In this document: positions 50,357 through 54,172 of the stretch, piece by piece
How the letters are laid out: each line of letters starts with the position of its first letter
How positions within the stretch are numbered: position 1 is the stretch's first letter
Assembly: GCF_001194135.2 (NCBI RefSeq)
Contig: NC_068991.1
Span: 4,947,504 to 5,001,675, forward strand
Direction of reading: 5' to 3'
Source: Octopus bimaculoides
Taxonomy: Eukaryota
DNA: 54,172 nt
Program-made: the position numbers and the translations under genes
Notes under the pieces: model-generated
Database searches by the model: none
Told to the model about the DNA's origin: nothing
The model's input: the letters and a program-made list of their open reading frames with translations, nothing else

Positions 50357-50680
50357 TTCCTCTTCTTCTTCTTCCTCTTCTTCTTCTTCTTTTTTCTCCC
50401 TCTTCTTCTTCTTCGTTGTCGTCGTCGTCGTCTTCTTCTTCTTCTTCTTCTTCTTCTTCTCCTCCGCCTCCTTGTCCTTCTACTTCTTCTTCGTTTTCTT
50501 CTTCTCCCTCTACTTCTTTGTCATCATCCTCCCCTTCTTCTTCTTCTTCTTCTTCTTCTTCTTCTTCTTCTTCTTCTTCTTCTTCGTTTTCTTCTTCTCC
50601 CTCTACTTCTTTGTCATCATCCTCTTCTTCTTCTTCTTCTTCTTCTTCTTCTTCTTCTTCTTCTTCTTCTTCTTCTTCTA
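50270..50680. repeat. (TTC)n tract with a 40-bp internal duplication
   Basis: CGTTTTCTTCTTCTCCCTCTACTTCTTTGTCATCATCCTC at 50492-50531 and 50585-50624. Confidence 0.95.
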
Positions 50681-50839
50681 CCTCCCTCCAATATGACCAT
50701 CACTAGTCACTGATATCAATATTATCAACATTAAGGCACTGTAACCACAGCGGAGCCCTCCAAAATCGACCGACCCCAGCACCATCATCTCAGGAGGGAA
50801 ATTCATGCGATTAACTCGCAAGAACCCTACCACGATCCA

Positions 50840-51065
50840 AAGAAGGAACCGCTACATGCTAGAAATAGTTACTACATTTTCTTTAAATCACGCCTCGCCT
50901 TCTTAAAAATCGGGTGATATTGGGTAATTCGATCTTGTGTCTCTTTAAGATAAAAATTTTAAATTAAAATTTAAAAAATAACGGAATGTTGGTCATAAAC
51001 GGATTGTCTTTGATGATATATTTGCTTCTAAATCAAGAATGATCTGGTGCTAAACAACAATAGTT
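50840..51065 (+). mobile_element. Unclassified family E retroposon with (CAA)n tail
   Basis: GCTAGAAATAG...AAATCAC...GGTCAT...TTTGAT...GATCTGGTGCTAAACAACAA. Related pieces at about 23800-23880 (-), 31120-31265 (+), 34490-34545 (-), 39750-39815 (-), 42185-42290 (+). Confidence 0.55.
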
Positions 51066-51439
51066 GCAATGGCCAGTGAGAGGGTTGCACGTGGTTACAC
51101 AACAATAACAACAACGATATCTGTATACAACGTCACCACAACTACCAACGCCGCCACTATCTCTTCAGCTAGTTACAGCTATTGCAGTCACAACATAAAT
51201 ATATTCAACACTCTTTAAAATGGTAAGAAAGCAACAACAACAGCAGTAACAACAGTAATACTTACCCCCAGTGCCACCAACATCACCATATCTCCCAACG
51301 ACCAGGATCACATTGTCCAAAGAACGGACGTCTGTCATTTGTTACTGCTTCATTGATCCCATCGCAATGTCCACATCATAAACAACCTCAACAAACTTTA
51401 AAATAAACAACCGTAATGCTAGAAACGGCATCGGCCGTC

Positions 51440-52000
51440 ATCTTTAAAGCATCACACACAACATTATCAACTTTGTCAACATTATCGACACCTGTCAACA
51501 GCAGTATTTTCAACTTTATCAAACCCGCTAACAAAGCTACCTCTTGTAAAAATTTTTGATGTAATCAATATTATTGACGCCGCATCTCAACATTACCGAT
51601 ATAATCGACGTTATCAATACCGTCGACTCAAACACCAATTGTCGAGAATATCAATGTTATCAATATTATCGCAATCACTATGGAGTCACAAACGCAGTCA
51701 CCACATATCGACATTATCAAACCTTTTCAACATTTTCAATACAAGTAACAAAAAATATTATTGATAAAATGAACATTGTCAACGTCGCTTGTTATAGACA
51801 TTATCAACACCACCAACGCAATCACCACTATCAACATTATCAACACTACTAAAGCATCCATTATTTGTCGATATTATCAACCTTATCAATGCTACTAATA
51901 CCACCACCATTTAGCATTATTATCAAAGCTTTCGATGTTAATCAAACCAACTTCAACATTTTCAACAATGCTAATACAACCATTATTTGTTAGCATTCGT
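51440..52000 (+). repeat. Degenerate ATTATCAAC-type low-complexity repeat
   Basis: Recurrent CATTATCAAC/ATTATCGAC motifs. Confidence 0.7.
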
Positions 52001-52002
52001 TG

Positions 52003-52177
52003 CTACTCTGGGCACAAGGTCCGAAATTTTCGAGATCGACCCCAGTACGCAACTGGAACTTAATTTATCAACCCTGAAAGGATGACAGGCGAAGTCGACC
52101 TCGGCGAAAAGTGAACTCAGAATCTAAAAGCAGACGAAATACCGCTAAGCATTTCGTCCGGCGTGCTAACGTTTCTG
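52003..52177 (-). mobile_element. SINE family A (tail type 2)
   Basis: CTACTCTGGGCACAAGGTCCGAAATTTT...GATCGACCCCAGTACGC...GTCGACCTCGGCG...ATACCGCTAAGCATTTCGTCCGGCGTGCTAACGTTTCTG. Confidence 0.92.
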
Positions 52178-52190
52178 GGAGGTCCGTGCT

Positions 52191-52275
52191 GAAGAAGAAG
52201 AAGAAGAAGAAGAAGAAGAAGAAGAAGAAGAAGAAGAAGAAGAAGAAGAAGAAGAAGAAGAAGAAGAAGAAGAAG
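52191..52275. repeat. (AGA)n microsatellite
   Basis: Pure repeat between SINE A and a SINE B head. Confidence 0.97.
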
Positions 52276-52383
52276 CCCTAGGCTGTAGTAGAAAACACCT
52301 GCCCAAGGTGCGACGTTGTGGGACTGAACCCAGAACCAAGTGTTTGGAAAGTAAGCTACTTACCACGCATCCGCGCCTGCGCC
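52276..52383 (-). mobile_element. SINE family B head
   Basis: GTAGAAAACACCTGCCCAAGGTGCG...GGGACTGAACCCAGAACC...AGTAAGCTACTTACCACGC. Confidence 0.88.
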
Positions 52384-52559
52384 TCAACTAGGTTCGAATG
52401 GTCTTTGGCCACCAAGATCACCTGATTTCACACCGCCAGTCTTTTTTTTTTTTTTTTTTTTTCTGGGGAGCAAGCAAAGGGCCAGTTTACAAGAATCACC
52501 CGAAAGCCATGAAACACTTACTGCAGAGAGACTTTGTGAACTCCCTGTATTAGTAACAG

Positions 52560-53225
52560 CACAACAGCGACAACATAATCAACACTATTTTTATTCCGAT
52601 ATAAACAAAAGAAATGATTACAACTTAAGCAACAACATCTCAATGCTAACGCAATTTTTAAAGGAACAGAAATAAAACGAGCGATGAAGATATTAGCAAC
52701 AACGCCATATCGCCAACAATACCTTTATATCAACATAAGCAGTGACATCTCACCGCCAACATTACATTTATTCTGATATAAGCAAAATGATTATTTACAC
52801 CATTAGCAACATCTCAATGCTAACACTACTTCCAAATGAGCATAAACAGGACGAGCGATAACGATATTAGCAACAACACCACATCGCTAGCACCATATTG
52901 CTTCATATCAGCATAAAAGAAACCAGCAATGATAACGTTAGCAGCGATACCACAACGCCAACACTATTTTCGTTCTGATATAAACAAAATAACTAATTAC
53001 ACCGTTAGCAACAACATCTGAAGGCTAACACAACTTTCAAAAGAAAATAAATAAAACCAGCGATGAAGATTATTAGCAACGACGCCACATCGCCAACATA
53101 ATTTTCATTCTGATATAAACAAAATAAGTAATTACGTTAGCAATAGCATCACACAGCTGACACTAGCTTCAAAGGAATACAAACAAAGCCAGCGATGGCA
53201 ATATTAGCAACAAGGCCACGCTGCT
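52560..53225 (+). repeat. Minisatellite, about 4 units of about 135 bp built from two subunits of about 65-70 bp
   Basis: Anchor TTCYGATATAA at 52594, 52771, 52973, 53108; anchor CAGCGATG/GAGCGAT...TTAGCA at about 52678, 52852, 52923, 53057, 53189. Confidence 0.85.
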
Positions 53226-53604
53226 ATTACCCTGCTCGTACTAACATTAACAAAAGCAACGAATTACTACGTTTGCAACTACACAGTTATTACCATGTCA
53301 GACCAACTCCACAAACATTAACAACAACAACGGCAGGTACCACGACATTCGCTACACGGCCACACCCCTCCCACACATTCCATACTTGCATAAACATGAA
53401 CACGAGGCAATGAAGAAGTTTCTACATAGGTGCTTCGGCTGCTAGAAACAGCAGCCAACTGTATTTCGATAAATGAAAAAAATAACCAAAAAACAAAACA
53501 TCACCGCAGCATCAAAATCAAATAACAATAATATTAATAATAATGATGGTAATAATAATAAAAATAATAATGATGATGATGATGATGGGAGAACACCGGC
53601 AATT

Positions 53605-53800
53605 CTTTTTTTCTGATTGGGGCGGGGTGCAAATTGATTACGTCGATCCCCAGTACTTGACTGGTAATTAGTTTTGTCGACCTTGAATGGTTCAAAGGTA
53701 AAGATGACCTCGATGCGATTTGAATTCAAAACGAAAAAAAAAAAAAACAAGCCGGAAGAGCTGCTAAGCTTTTTTTGTGCGACGCACTAAAGATTCCGAT
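53605..53800 (-). mobile_element. SINE family A, diverged
   Basis: GATTACGTCGATCCCCAGTACTTGACTGGTA...TTGTCGACCTTGAA...GACCTCG...ATTTGAATTC...CTGCTAAGC. Confidence 0.7.
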
Positions 53801-54172
53801 TACACATTGGGTAAACGCACCAAGAGCGGTTGTACGAAGTACGAAAAAAAGACAGGGTGGTCGCCGTATATATATATATGTGTATGTGCATGTGTGTGTG
53901 TGTGTGTATCTGTGTCTGTGCGTATGCACGTATTTATATATGTATCTATGTATGTATGAACTTATATATGTATGTATGTATATAATTGCCTGTGTATAGA
54001 TAGATACCGTTTGAAATATTAGTGTATTTACTAACTTTAAGGACAACCCACTAATCTCTACCCCCTCTCTCTCTCTCTAACTTTTTCTGTTTCCCCTCTT
54101 TCGTTTTCCATGCTCTCCTTATCATAGTTATAGCTAGATATGCATATACAAATATATGTGTATATGTGCGTG

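Overview
This is AT-rich, repeat-dense eukaryotic DNA. The SINE families, microsatellite density and LINE/Helitron mix fit a coleoid cephalopod such as Octopus (inference from pattern recognition, not a search). I find no intact protein-coding gene, tRNA, rRNA or CRISPR array, so the window is probably intergenic or inside a large intron. Nearly all long ORFs in the supplied track are artefacts of microsatellites and nine N-gaps (3,558 N in total). The content is: (1) about 35 copies or fragments of three tRNA-headed SINE families, here called A, B and C, plus an unclassified (CAA)n-tailed family E; (2) decayed non-LTR relics (Dong/R4-type RLE fragments in TAA arrays, RTE/BovB 3' ends, APE endonuclease starts); (3) Tc1 and mariner fragments; (4) two distinct, co-oriented Helitron RepHel relics at 42.5-46.3 kb; (5) a Penelope-like repeat with a minimal hammerhead-like core that is inverted in place in a second copy; (6) many microsatellites and one higher-order minisatellite. 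One weak 55-nt exon candidate lies at 26770-26824. I see no convincing novel protein-coding system. The most interesting signals are structural: the flipped hammerhead core, a SINE dimer under one TSD, a fold-back SINE, stacked Dong insertions and an intron-like insert in a Helitron. Peptides were translated by hand across frameshifts. Element boundaries are approximate unless a TSD is given.
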